From a virus, in the IMG/VR virus record IMGVR_UViG_3300042975_000098: a stretch of 64,000 bases of DNA. One strand, written 5' to 3'. Of this stretch, positions 19,649-29,388 are shown in pieces. The notes under the pieces are model-generated. The model was not told the DNA's origin. It searched no databases and was given only the letters and a program-made list of their open reading frames with translations. A program made the position numbers and the translations under genes. How positions within the stretch are numbered: position 1 is the stretch's first letter; the number at the start of each line of letters is the position of its first letter.

Positions 19649-20818
19649 ATGTTCCCGAGAATGCTGCTCATAGCCGCCATCGTCTACACGATAGGCGTGC
19701 TCGTCATCGTCAACATCGCGCTCGGCGTGGTCGACCGGGTGGCGGCCGACAGGGCCGCGCAGTCCCGTGATCCCACGCCGCCGAAACGCCGGCGACACGC
19801 GTTCTCCGAGAGCCTGCGGAAAGCGCTCGCCGACGATCGCCTGCTCCCGATCACCAGGAGCGTCGGCGAGACCGATGACCAGGGCAAGCCGGTGATGGAC
19901 GGCAAGGGCAAGCCGAAGAAGACGAAGGAGTACGTGCTTGAGAAGCACGACGCGTACGGCATCCTCATCGACCCCGGGCGCGGCGCCCTCACGTGGCGCA
20001 AGCTCTACGCGGCGCTGCTGGTAGCGTCCGTCATCATCACGGCCGCCGGCGTGATCTCGCCGGCGCTCTACGGGGTGGGGTTCATGGCGTCGCTCGTCAT
20101 GGACTCGCTCATCATCCATAACGGCGGGAAGCTGATCGCGGCGGAATCGAAGGCGTTCGACGACGTGCTGGCGATATCCCGGCTGAAGCTCGGAGCCGAC
20201 GCCACGGACCCGCATGAGATCATCAACATCACCGACTGGGAGTTCGCCGGCGAGGCCGCCAGCATCGCGAACGGCACCGTGAGGGCATCGGAGGACGGTC
20301 AGACCGAGGCCATCGCCAAGGAGGTCGATGCGTATAGTAAGGGGCATAGGCCGCGGATAGCGAGGATACGCGACGTGCCGGCGGCGATGACGATCGCGTT
20401 CCCCATCTCGTTCATGAAGTCAAGCACCGACGCGTTCATCACGCACATCAACCAGAACGTCGGCGGCGGCACCGTGGAATGGGTGGCGCAGAAGCGGACC
20501 AGCCAGCCGGATGGCTCGGTGAGGATAGAGAACGGCTGGGACTTCACGGCGCGCATGGTGACGTTGCGGACGATGCCGCCGCTCCCGGACATGGCGAAGC
20601 TTCCCATGGACATCGGGGACGGGCCATGGAACGCGATACGACTCGGCAAGACCGTCGAGGGCGAGGCCGTGTGGGATCTGAGCGGTCAGGGCGGGTCGGT
20701 GAACGGCCGCCCGCTCCACGGCGGCGGCGTCGGCGTGACCACCCCGATGTCGCTGGTGCCGCTGGCCACGGACACGAAGGTCATCGTCGTGGACAGCCGC
20801 CATGATTCACGTCCATGA
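19649..20818 (+). CDS. N-terminal membrane part of an FtsK/TcpA-type coupling protein, ending in a putative short intein N-fragment
   Basis: TM helices; PPLP..A....IRLG....G.A.WDL...TPMSLV is the lead-in to the FtsK P-loop, but the ORF then reads PLATDTKVIVVD (intein block A-like) and stops. Confidence 0.65.
   Translation: MFPRMLLIAAIVYTIGVLVIVNIALGVVDRVAADRAAQSRDPTPPKRRRHAFSESLRKALADDRLLPITRSVGETDDQGKPVMDGKGKPKKTKEYVLEKHDAYGILIDPGRGALTWRKLYAALLVASVIITAAGVISPALYGVGFMASLVMDSLIIHNGGKLIAAESKAFDDVLAISRLKLGADATDPHEIINITDWEFAGEAASIANGTVRASEDGQTEAIAKEVDAYSKGHRPRIARIRDVPAAMTIAFPISFMKSSTDAFITHINQNVGGGTVEWVAQKRTSQPDGSVRIENGWDFTARMVTLRTMPPLPDMAKLPMDIGDGPWNAIRLGKTVEGEAVWDLSGQGGSVNGRPLHGGGVGVTTPMSLVPLATDTKVIVVDSRHDSRP
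20759..20815 (+). other. Putative split intein N-fragment (19 aa, Pro1, class 3-like)
   Basis: PLATDTKVIVVDSRHDSRP matches xLxxDTxV/I block A. Confidence 0.5.
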
Positions 20819-20822
20819 TATT
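20816..20822 (+). promoter_or_regulatory. YGATATT motif 8 nt upstream of the cpaB-like ATG
   Basis: TGATATT-acccacgc-ATG, no SD. Confidence 0.6.
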
Positions 20823-20830
20823 ACCCACGC

Positions 20831-21937
20831 ATGTTCAAGAAGAAGTCGGTAGACATAGATGCGGCGCCAGCTGCCGCCAAGCAATCAGCATCGCTCAAGG
20901 ACAAGCGGCCGTTGTGGTTCCTGTTCTTCGCGCTGGCTATCATCGCAGCGTTCTCGACATGGCTGATACTCAACACCGTGTCCAAGCAGGACACGTATTA
21001 CGTGCTGTCCCACGCCGTCGCGGCGCAGACGAAGATCACGACCGATGACGTCACCGCGCAGACGCTCAGCGGGCAGAAGCCGCCGAACGCGCTGACCGTA
21101 TCGGACATCCAGCAGGGCAACGTGTACAGCAAGTACCCGCTGAACGCGGGCGATGTCCTCGCCGGGTCGAACGCGGGCACGTTGGACTCGTTGAACGAGG
21201 GCATTCCCGACAACTGGGTCATCACGTCGTTCACGGTCGCGTCCGATGACATGCCGACAAGCCTGCAGCGAAGCGATTACTTCGACATGATCGTGCCGGC
21301 GACCTCGGCGGTGTCCGACGCGAAGACCGAGCAGGTGCAGGCCACGAAGTACCTGTTCCGCAACGTCATGGTTCTGCAGACGTCGGCAACCACCGCAGGA
21401 ACCGCCGACGCCGCCAAGAACGGGCAGGCCGCGAGTTCATCGGGGAGCGACAACTCGGCGAACGTGACGCTCGTGGTAGGCATGTCGCCGAAGAACGCCG
21501 CGATTCTGCAGACCGTCATGAACCAGAACTACAACGTGAAGCTGGTCATCTCCCCGAAGCAGACCACGTATCAGGACCCGACCACGCTGAACGGGCTGTA
21601 TGACTTCGATTACCAGCAGGTGGTGGATGATGCGGTCGACCCGGCCAAGCCGAGCATCGTGGCATCGCAATGCACGAAGAACAACGGTGCGGACGAGAAC
21701 AAGAACTGCACCGATCCGACGTTCACCACGACGAAGCGCGATGCGTTCGGCGTTCCCTACAACGCCAAGGCGTCCGACCTTGACGAGAACGGCGATGTGA
21801 AGAAACTTACCGATTTCGAGAAGGAATGGTGCCAGCAGCTCTACTCCAACGACTACTACAACGGCAGCAAGTGGGAGTCGGCCAAGGCGTACTGCGCCAA
21901 GGGCGGCGTGAAGTCCGGCGAGTCATCGGCCGAGTAG
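20831..21937 (+). CDS. Flp pilus assembly protein CpaB/RcpC-like (SAF domain)
   Basis: N-terminal TM, SAF-like V....I...D....PPNA....YSKYPL.AGDVL, then RcpC-like NV.VL...VT..MSP..A. Confidence 0.7.
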   Translation: MFKKKSVDIDAAPAAAKQSASLKDKRPLWFLFFALAIIAAFSTWLILNTVSKQDTYYVLSHAVAAQTKITTDDVTAQTLSGQKPPNALTVSDIQQGNVYSKYPLNAGDVLAGSNAGTLDSLNEGIPDNWVITSFTVASDDMPTSLQRSDYFDMIVPATSAVSDAKTEQVQATKYLFRNVMVLQTSATTAGTADAAKNGQAASSSGSDNSANVTLVVGMSPKNAAILQTVMNQNYNVKLVISPKQTTYQDPTTLNGLYDFDYQQVVDDAVDPAKPSIVASQCTKNNGADENKNCTDPTFTTTKRDAFGVPYNAKASDLDENGDVKKLTDFEKEWCQQLYSNDYYNGSKWESAKAYCAKGGVKSGESSAE

Positions 21938-21958
21938 TATCGTGTCGTCGCGCTGAAT

Positions 21959-21991
21959 AACGGCGGCCCGTCATGATGGCGGGCCGCCGTT
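21959..21991. terminator. Hairpin terminator
   Basis: AACGGCGGCCCG..CGGGCCGCCGTT inverted repeat after the stop. Confidence 0.7.
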
Positions 21992-22063
21992 CCATGTCGT
22001 GAGCGATATTCTATTGACGCCCGCGGTATACTGTTATGGCACGGCGTTATAAGGAGTGGAAAC

Positions 22064-23599
22064 ATGACATCAGGAAAGGCGAAGGCCCTTTTCATCGGGA
22101 ACCATGACACATGGTCGGCTCTTCAGAAGACCATGCGCCCCGAATGGGATTGGCAGCAGCCGATCGACAATGTATCCGTCTTCGCCTCATGGTTGCGCGG
22201 CGAGGACGTCAAGATGCCGTTCGAGATCAGCGAGGACACGTCGATCATAGTCATCTCGACCGAGTTCTACAAGGCCGGACTCAACCCGAAGCCGCAGTAC
22301 GCCAAGCTCCGTGATGACTTCCTCGCCGCGGTCGCGTACTCGTCCAGTGAGACGATGTGCATGGTTCTTAACTACTGGCCTGAGCTGCAGAAGCGCATCC
22401 AGCAGGATATCGTCATGTGGGGGCAGGACCACCGGTCCGAGGACGTCACCATCGGTAAGTACTACTGGGTGCAGTCCTCACGACCTAACGCCTACATCGA
22501 CAGGGCCATAACCGAGTACCTGTCGGACCCGGAATCGGACCCCACGGCCAAGATGATCGTCGCCGAGAGCGAAGGGCTCCAGCTTCCCTCGGCCACGCCG
22601 GAGACGAAGACGGCCGAGGTCGAACCGGCGCCCGGCGAGTTCTCGGATTACATGACCGAGGACACAGATTCCAAGCCGTTCACGAACTCGTTCGGGCGGA
22701 ACGCGCTGATCGTCGCGAGCACCTCCACCAAGGGCGGGGTCGGCAAGACCACCATGGCGATGCTGACGGGAACGTGGTTCGTCCGGTCGAGCGACCTCGC
22801 CGTGAGGAACGGTTCGCTCAAACAGCCTCTCAAGGTGTGCATCGTAGATCTGGACATGAAGGACACGCAGATAGCGACCATGCTCAACCTCACCGCGCAG
22901 TCCGCTAAGAAGAACGTCATGCGCATCATCGGGTCGCCCGTGTTCACCGATAAGACGGTCGCCGACAACCTCGTGTACGACAAGCGCATGAAGTGCTGGT
23001 TCCTCCTCGGACCCAAGCAGGCGTCCAACGCCGCGGCGATCAAACCGTCCAAGTACGCCCAGATATTCGGCGTGCTCCAGCGCATGTTCGACATCGTCAT
23101 CATGGATACGTCAGCGGCCCCCATGGGGGTGAAGCTGTTCTCCGATGTCGTCTACCCGATGGCGAATGAGATCATGTTCATCACTTCGCTGGACAGGCGT
23201 TCGGTGGTCGGCATGTCCAAGTGGATCATAGCCGAGGGAAGCCCGAAGGAGCATGGAGGCAACGGCATCGCCCTTGATAAGATGAAGATCGTCATCAACG
23301 TCAACAACGGCAGCGATGTGGAGATGAGCGCCGAGGAGATCCAGAACTCCATCAAGTTCCCGCTGGTGACCGTGTACGGCAAGTTCCCCACGAAGATGGC
23401 CGAGGAGGAATGGAAGAAGCCGCAGCTTGTAGGGGTGGTGAAGTACATGGGTTCCACGATCACGAAATGGTCCAACCTCCAGGAGATGCCGATGGCGCTG
23501 AACACGCCGACGCTGGAGCGTTCGATCTCCAACATATGCCGGTCACTCGTCCCGAAGTCACTCGCGGACATTCTGCCGAACATCGAGAAGGTCGAGTAG
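22064..23599 (+). CDS. CpaE/TadZ-like ParA/MinD-family ATPase
   Basis: Deviant Walker A KGGVGKTT, IVDLD, FDIVIMDT; receiver-like N-terminal domain; follows cpaB. Confidence 0.8.
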   Translation: MTSGKAKALFIGNHDTWSALQKTMRPEWDWQQPIDNVSVFASWLRGEDVKMPFEISEDTSIIVISTEFYKAGLNPKPQYAKLRDDFLAAVAYSSSETMCMVLNYWPELQKRIQQDIVMWGQDHRSEDVTIGKYYWVQSSRPNAYIDRAITEYLSDPESDPTAKMIVAESEGLQLPSATPETKTAEVEPAPGEFSDYMTEDTDSKPFTNSFGRNALIVASTSTKGGVGKTTMAMLTGTWFVRSSDLAVRNGSLKQPLKVCIVDLDMKDTQIATMLNLTAQSAKKNVMRIIGSPVFTDKTVADNLVYDKRMKCWFLLGPKQASNAAAIKPSKYAQIFGVLQRMFDIVIMDTSAAPMGVKLFSDVVYPMANEIMFITSLDRRSVVGMSKWIIAEGSPKEHGGNGIALDKMKIVINVNNGSDVEMSAEEIQNSIKFPLVTVYGKFPTKMAEEEWKKPQLVGVVKYMGSTITKWSNLQEMPMALNTPTLERSISNICRSLVPKSLADILPNIEKVE

Positions 23600-23654
23600 C
23601 CGACGACGCGCGCACGAGTGCGTATCGAAGAGCAGCGGGGAGAGGAACTCGTAC

Positions 23655-24440
23655 ATGATTGATCTTATGGACATCGAGAGCACCGATGTCGTCGACGAAC
23701 GGCGCGCCCGGATAGTCCATGACGCCATCGCCAAGGGCAAACGTCATTTCGGTGTGGCCGGCGCATCCCTCACATGGATGAACTCGCCCAAGCAGAAGGA
23801 GATGCTGCCCGAGGGATGGAAGCCCAAGATACTCGAGGAGGCCATGCTCGCCGAGCAGAGGACGTCGGACACGCTGCGTGACTGGATCAAGGACAAGCCA
23901 TCCGCCGTGCTCATCGACAGCACGCACATCCGCGGACTCGGCAAGGAGCGCATCGACAAGGACACCGGTCTCATCGAGGGCGGCGACACCGATCACGTGC
24001 TCATCATCGGCGGGGCTATCTTCATCATCGACACGAAGAACTGGCGCAAGAAGGCGACGTACACGGTCAGTGACAAGGGCGCGGTTCTCAGGAACTCCAA
24101 GACGTTCCCGGGAGGGCGGGTCCATATCGAACGAGCGGTCCACATGTGGCTCGATTACGTCGACCCGATCATCGATGACGTGTCCATCAAAGGCGCCATA
24201 TACATCAACAACGACGATGACGAGACCACCAGGGTGTTCCGCGGCCCGACATGGTACAAGCATCACTGGTTCCTTCTCGAACACTCACGGTTCATCAAGT
24301 GGATGGACGAGAGCTACGCCGCGCTCAGCGACACGGACAGGAACACCATCGACCCGACCATGATCGCCGAAGTGGCGCAGTGCTGCGTGAAGCCATACAA
24401 CCGCCGCGACGGGCTCATCAACACGAAGGCGCTCCGCTGA
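23655..24440 (+). CDS. NERD-domain PD-(D/E)xK nuclease-like protein
   Basis: AEQ.T...GDTDHVLI....FIIDTKNW. Confidence 0.75.
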   Translation: MIDLMDIESTDVVDERRARIVHDAIAKGKRHFGVAGASLTWMNSPKQKEMLPEGWKPKILEEAMLAEQRTSDTLRDWIKDKPSAVLIDSTHIRGLGKERIDKDTGLIEGGDTDHVLIIGGAIFIIDTKNWRKKATYTVSDKGAVLRNSKTFPGGRVHIERAVHMWLDYVDPIIDDVSIKGAIYINNDDDETTRVFRGPTWYKHHWFLLEHSRFIKWMDESYAALSDTDRNTIDPTMIAEVAQCCVKPYNRRDGLINTKALR

Positions 24441-24480
24441 CGTTCGCCGACCAACCCGTCGATCGCGCATATTGATCAGC

Positions 24481-24512
24481 AGGCGACCCCGTTCCATGGA
24501 ACGGGGTCGCCT
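24481..24512. terminator. Perfect 32-bp palindrome
   Basis: AGGCGACCCCGTTCCA|TGGAACGGGGTCGCCT followed by TT. Confidence 0.7.
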
Positions 24513-24603
24513 TTCCATAAGCATCGCCGCCGGCGCGTCGATGCCATGGCCAAGAGTACCATGTGAACCATAAGATCATTCCACACGAGGAAAGCGGGAT
24601 TCC

Positions 24604-25323
24604 ATGTACGACGCGAACGGCCAGCACGCGATGATCACCAAGGCGGAGGCGCGCGCGGTTTTGAAAATCGTCGGCGACACGACAGCGGACAGGATCGCCA
24701 AAGGCAAGACCATAAACCCGACGTTCCACTCGATCATGCCGTTCGCCAGCGACGAACGACGCCCGTCGGATGGCATACCCGACACCACGGAGCCATACGG
24801 GTATGCCTACATCACGAACCGATTCGCCATCGTTCGCTGGCGAATCGATATCGACGCGGCTCGCCGACATCTCGCCGACGGGGAGACCATCAGCGAGCAG
24901 GCGCTCTCCGCCGCGATCAAGGTCATGCGAAGCTCCGAGCGACTCAATCTCAATGATGATGCGCTGTGGTCGGCGGGCGAGGGGTTCGACAGGGAGATAC
25001 CACGCTCCGTCGACCTGAGCTTCGAGCACATCGCCGGGTCGGCGAGCGCGACCGCAGACGACCGTCAACACATGTACGCGCTTCGCTTCCCCGGTGATGA
25101 TGGCTCCGGGCTGAGCAAGCACGCCGACGATGGTCATGACCGGTTCGACGTGAACACGATCATGATGTCGAAAGCAGGCGCCGCCATCGAGCCGCGGGCG
25201 CGCGTCCACGCATCGCTGATCACGATGAAAGGCGGCATGACCGCCATTCGACTCGACCCCTATGAGCGCCATGACGGCGTCGAGGTGGAGGCGTTGCTGC
25301 TTGGCATGACCCCACATCGGTGA
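24604..25323 (+). CDS. Hypothetical protein
   Basis: 239-aa ORF with host-like codon usage. Confidence 0.6.
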   Translation: MYDANGQHAMITKAEARAVLKIVGDTTADRIAKGKTINPTFHSIMPFASDERRPSDGIPDTTEPYGYAYITNRFAIVRWRIDIDAARRHLADGETISEQALSAAIKVMRSSERLNLNDDALWSAGEGFDREIPRSVDLSFEHIAGSASATADDRQHMYALRFPGDDGSGLSKHADDGHDRFDVNTIMMSKAGAAIEPRARVHASLITMKGGMTAIRLDPYERHDGVEVEALLLGMTPHR

Positions 25324-25346
25324 TATCGCCATCGGCAACGGCCGTT

Positions 25347-25482
25347 TACGTCGATTACGCTCATACGATAAGCAAACGCTTGCCGTGTGAGCGTATTTTT
25401 TATGCGACGTCGGGAAAACGCCGTTTTCGATGCCACGGTCACAAAACCGCGTTTCCGTGTTCTACGTGGCTTACAGCACGCG
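25347..25482 (+). repeat. ~135-bp dispersed hairpin-rich element, copy 2 (internal segments inverted)
   Basis: Aligns with copies 1 and 3; 25364..25387 is the reverse complement of 13610..13633. Confidence 0.9.
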
Positions 25483-25493
25483 CCGGCGCCGAA

Positions 25494-25500
25494 CGATATT
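25494..25500 (+). promoter_or_regulatory. YGATATT motif 8 nt upstream of the ATG
   Basis: CGATATT-gaccggtc-ATG, no SD. Confidence 0.6.
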
Positions 25501-25508
25501 GACCGGTC

Positions 25509-25643
25509 ATGACAGACGGCATGGAGACATTCACCCTTGAGGACATCCACGAGATCGACGCCGATGACGATCTCGTGTGCATCAGCGTCGACTCGCCCGG
25601 GCACGAGTTCCTGATAGGCGACACGCTCGTCCCCACGCACAAC
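25509..25643 (+). other. Split intein C-fragment (45 aa, class 3 signature)
   Basis: Block F Cys (VCISVD), block G THN, +1 Ser. Confidence 0.85.
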
Positions 25644-26459
25644 AGCGATGACACCGCCGATCTGAAATCCGAGGCGCAGTCGATCGTCGGCTCGATCGCC
25701 CGACTCGGGCGAGCGGCCGGCGTGTTCCTCACGCTGGCCACGCAGCGCCCTGATGCGAAGATGCTCCCCGGCGAGACCAAGGCCAACCTCGGAGCGCGCA
25801 TCGCCTGCGGGCAGATGAACGCGACCGCCAGCGACATGGTTCTCGGCAGCGGCAGCGCCGTGTCGACGCCTGGGCATCCGAAGGGCCGAGGCATATACAG
25901 CGACTACGGGGCCGAGGAGAAGATGCAGATATACTTCGCCAACGAAACGTGGATCGATCAGTGGCTCAAGGACCACAACATGAACCCGGACGGCTCGCCA
26001 TTGTCATCGGGCCCGGCGTCGCTGCTCCCGGACGAGGAGGACATCGCACGCCTGCGCGGCACGCACCTCGACGAGATGGAGGGCGTCGACAACAGCGAGT
26101 ACAAGGCCGAGTTGAAGAAGAAGGACGCCGAGGTACGCGCCGAGCACGCCCGCAGACTGGCCGAACTGAACGGCGAACCAGTCGACGACGATGACATCGA
26201 TGACGGCATATCGGACGATGACGCCGTTGACGGCGACGTCGAAGACGCCGCGGCGCCGATGCCGAGCGAGCCAGAACTTCCGCCGATGGTCGACGGGATG
26301 AAGCGTCCGAACCTCACGGGCGGCGATGGCAAGAAGACGGAGAACCCGTTGGACGAGTGGGATGACACCATGGGCGAACTCTACGCGCCGGCCGACGCCG
26401 AGGGCGACGACCTCATCACCACGGGCGACGATGAGGATGAGGATGAGGATGACGACTGA
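25509..26459 (+). CDS. Split-intein C-fragment fused to the C-terminal part of an FtsK/TcpA-type ATPase with an acidic tail
   Basis: aa 1-45 end in VCISVDSPGHEFLIGDTLVPTHN|S (intein blocks F/G); then IARLGRAAGVFLTLATQRPDA..LPG..KANL..RI...KGRG (FtsK post-Walker-B). Confidence 0.85.
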   Translation: MTDGMETFTLEDIHEIDADDDLVCISVDSPGHEFLIGDTLVPTHNSDDTADLKSEAQSIVGSIARLGRAAGVFLTLATQRPDAKMLPGETKANLGARIACGQMNATASDMVLGSGSAVSTPGHPKGRGIYSDYGAEEKMQIYFANETWIDQWLKDHNMNPDGSPLSSGPASLLPDEEDIARLRGTHLDEMEGVDNSEYKAELKKKDAEVRAEHARRLAELNGEPVDDDDIDDGISDDDAVDGDVEDAAAPMPSEPELPPMVDGMKRPNLTGGDGKKTENPLDEWDDTMGELYAPADAEGDDLITTGDDEDEDEDDD

Positions 26460-26501
26460 CGTTAGATTCACCTTACACGAGGCCGCAGGGAATCGGAGGA
26501 C

Positions 26502-26702
26502 ATGATGGGAACGATCTGGAAGATCATAGGCACGATAGTGGGACTCGGCGTGCTCATGGCCGTGCTCACCATGTTCGGCATGAACCCGTTCGCCGTGCTC
26601 ATCTGGGTGGGCAAGTGGTTCTACTGGGCCGTCAAATCGGTGGCTGACGCCCTGTTGGGCAGTCAATCTTTCCGCGATGCCATGACCACCCGGCCGATAT
26701 GA
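26502..26702 (+). CDS. Small membrane protein (possible T4SS pilin/VirB2-like)
   Basis: SD GGAGG; hydrophobic 66 aa. Confidence 0.6.
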   Translation: MMGTIWKIIGTIVGLGVLMAVLTMFGMNPFAVLIWVGKWFYWAVKSVADALLGSQSFRDAMTTRPI

Positions 26703-26727
26703 TGACGCGCAACGGTATGATGACGGC

Positions 26728-27120
26728 ATGACGACAAGCAGAGACAACCCATGGCACGACGCGTTCATACTCCTGGAATGGAACGTCACGGATGACGATG
26801 GGCGGCCGAGAACCACGATGATGCCCATCGTGGGGCTCACGCCGCTCATCATGACGAGAATCATCAACACGAACGGCGACGCATGGTCGCGCCTCGCCGG
26901 CTCCGGCGTCCGCATCATGCCGCCGATCGATCTCGGCGCGCTGACGGACGGCGAACGCTGGCGCGATTACCACGAGAACGCCGAGCGCGACAAGGTGTCC
27001 ATGCTGACGTCCGCCGACCTTCGCATGGCCAGCATCGTCGGCGGCATCGATGGCGATCTGCGGACGTTCGGCATGCCACGGCCGGACGACCGCGTGCTAG
27101 CCGACCTCACACGCCGATGA
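26728..27120 (+). CDS. Hypothetical protein
   Basis: 130-aa ORF; TATGAT 6 nt upstream of the ATG. Confidence 0.55.
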   Translation: MTTSRDNPWHDAFILLEWNVTDDDGRPRTTMMPIVGLTPLIMTRIINTNGDAWSRLAGSGVRIMPPIDLGALTDGERWRDYHENAERDKVSMLTSADLRMASIVGGIDGDLRTFGMPRPDDRVLADLTRR

Positions 27121-27212
27121 CGTTCGCCCACGACACGCCGGCGAACCCGCATGACACCGGCGATTTCGGCCCGATCCGGTACGGGCGATAGATACCACAA
27201 GCAGTATTGATA

Positions 27213-27260
27213 ACACTATATACAGGGTCTTCGAACGATTCCGGACGGAACATCTGGTGA
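27213..27260 (+). promoter_or_regulatory. Tandem NrdR-box-like operators
   Basis: ACACTATATACAGGGT (27213) and ACGGAACATCTGGTGA (27245), 32-bp period, match acaCwAtATaTwGwg. Confidence 0.6.
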
Positions 27261-27305
27261 TATTCGACGAGACGCACATATAAGGTCAGGAATGAGAGAA
27301 ACACT

Positions 27306-27389
27306 ATGGGAACGATGGTAGCAAGCAGGGGAAACGAAGTGCTAGCGCACGGCGGCGATGACGTCGCGAAACCGCTTGCAACCCGTTAG
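27306..27389 (+). pseudogene. Remnant nrdD 5' end (27 aa)
   Basis: MGTMVASRGNEVLAHGGDDVAKPL vs NrdD ...NSDDVARPL; DNA GATGACGTCGCGAAACCGCT vs GATGATGTCGCACGCCCGCT. Confidence 0.55.
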
Positions 27390-27426
27390 GAACCGTGACC
27401 TCCAATCATGATCGGGGAATAGCAGA

Positions 27427-29388
27427 ATGGCATCGGTAGCATCATATAAGGCCATGGCCGAGGATAATCTCGCCTATGGTAAGGCGCCGCGGTTCAGCGC
27501 GATGCGCAAGCATGCCCAACCGTTGTCGGAGCGCGCGCCTGGCGTCATCGATGAGTGGATGCTCGTGAACGGGGTCGACCCCAGTCTGGTCGGCTCCATG
27601 GACCACACGAAGGCATGGTGGAAGTGCAGAACATGCGGCGGCGAGTGGCGTGCGGCCGTGTACTCGCGGGCAATGGGATCGGGCTGCCCTTACTGCTCCG
27701 GACGCCGTGTAAGCGCCGGTTTGAATGACCTTGCAACGGTTGACCCCGAACTTGCAGGGCAGTGGGATTACGAGCGGAATGGAAACGTCAAGCCACAGGA
27801 TGTGGGAATCGGCTCGAAACGTATGACGTGGTGGATAGTGGATGGAGTTCATGTAAGGAAGAGCGTGGCGTACATGCACGGACTTAAGAAGAAGCCCGTC
27901 GAGGTGCGCATGATCTCGGAGAGCATAGCAGCCAGCCGACCTGACCTCATGAGCGAATGGGACAGCCGTAACACGGCGAACCCGCAGGTCGTCAGCGTGT
28001 ATTCCAACGCGGCGGCATGGTGGCATTGCGAGAACGGGCACGTATGGAAGGCGCGAATCGCCAACAGAGCCAACGGAAGCGGCTGCCCCTACTGCTCATG
28101 GCGTCGTGCTATCACCGGGGTCAACGATCTTCGCACAAAAAGACCCGACGTCATGGAGTCATGGTCGGATGACAACACCTTGGACCCGGGAAAAGTGACG
28201 CCAGGGTCCAATCGTAAGGCGACATGGGTATGTCCAAAAGGACATGATTATGAGATGACCATCGTAAACAGGTGTGGACATGGCAACCACTGCCCGGTTT
28301 GCAATGGTTCGAAGCTGCTCAAGGGCTATAACGATCTGGCTACGGTAAGGCACGATGCCGCGCGCCTATGGGCTGACGATCTGAATGGAGGAGTTCACCC
28401 ATGTGATGTTCAATCGCAATCACACCGCGTGTTCTGGTGGAGATGTGACAGAGGGCATGAATGGCGGGACATGGTGAATGGACCGCTGGTCTGCCCGGAG
28501 TGCTGGGCCGACAATCGGAGCGCGGGTGAAACCGAACTCTATGATGCGATCGTCAACATGCTTCCGGTCGCCATGAGGGGCGAGGTCATAAGGAACAATC
28601 GCACGGTGCTTGCGGGGCGGGAACTGGATGTGTACATACCATCCATGAGACTGGCCTTCGAATACAACGGTGTGTACTGGCACGATGAGGAGCATCATGA
28701 CCGCCACTATCACGAGGACAAGTGGCGTGACTGTAAACATGTCGGCGTAACGCTGATGCAGATATGGGAGGATGACTGGATGAATCGGCGGGGTATCATC
28801 ATGGACCACATTCAGGTGTTGCTTCATCAAGCGAACGATAACGCTCGCATAGGCGCTCGACAATGCTCCGTCGCTGACGTGTCCGCGCACGATGTCGGTG
28901 CGTTCATGGATCGGTATCACATTCAAGGGCGCGTGGGAGGTTCCATACGCAAAGCGCTCATGCATGATGGCGTTATGGTCGCCGCCATCATATGCAGTAG
29001 ACGGAATGCGAGCACCATGGTCATCGAACGGTACGCGACTCAATCACACACGCTTGTCCAAGGAGGGTTCACGAAACTGCTGACCAGTATTCTCAGGGAG
29101 AACACCAACATCGACACCGTGCTGACATTCTCCGATCACTCCCTGTCCGATGGCCACTTGTACTCAAGGAACGGGTTCACGGACGACGGGATGATTCCGG
29201 CGGACTACTCGTATGTGATTCACGGGAACAGGGCGCATAAGTTCGGGTACAGGTTGTCGAGGTTCAAATCGGATCCCGCATTAAAGTACGTGAGCGGATG
29301 CTCCGAGAAGGAGTTGGCTCGTATGAACGGAATTCACTGGATCTGGGATGCCGGGAAGACCAGATGGCTTCTCAAAGTGAAAAGGTGA
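27427..29388 (+). CDS. Free-standing putative homing endonuclease: zinc-ribbon repeats + PD-(D/E)xK + GNAT/Mom-like C-terminal domain
   Basis: 4 intact and 1 degenerate WWxC..GHxW..CPxC repeats; S.GE, ELDVYIP..LAFEYNG.YWH, IWEDDW; C-terminal HIQG, RYAT, GGF.KL, FSD...G.LY..GF, WDAGK.RW; lower GC. Confidence 0.8.
   Translation: MASVASYKAMAEDNLAYGKAPRFSAMRKHAQPLSERAPGVIDEWMLVNGVDPSLVGSMDHTKAWWKCRTCGGEWRAAVYSRAMGSGCPYCSGRRVSAGLNDLATVDPELAGQWDYERNGNVKPQDVGIGSKRMTWWIVDGVHVRKSVAYMHGLKKKPVEVRMISESIAASRPDLMSEWDSRNTANPQVVSVYSNAAAWWHCENGHVWKARIANRANGSGCPYCSWRRAITGVNDLRTKRPDVMESWSDDNTLDPGKVTPGSNRKATWVCPKGHDYEMTIVNRCGHGNHCPVCNGSKLLKGYNDLATVRHDAARLWADDLNGGVHPCDVQSQSHRVFWWRCDRGHEWRDMVNGPLVCPECWADNRSAGETELYDAIVNMLPVAMRGEVIRNNRTVLAGRELDVYIPSMRLAFEYNGVYWHDEEHHDRHYHEDKWRDCKHVGVTLMQIWEDDWMNRRGIIMDHIQVLLHQANDNARIGARQCSVADVSAHDVGAFMDRYHIQGRVGGSIRKALMHDGVMVAAIICSRRNASTMVIERYATQSHTLVQGGFTKLLTSILRENTNIDTVLTFSDHSLSDGHLYSRNGFTDDGMIPADYSYVIHGNRAHKFGYRLSRFKSDPALKYVSGCSEKELARMNGIHWIWDAGKTRWLLKVKR

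Noticed and set aside
20759-25643. Direct pairing of the 19-aa IntN with the 45-aa IntC as one split intein
   Set aside because: Block B and most of the Hint fold would be missing and the product would lack Walker A/B, so a third piece is needed
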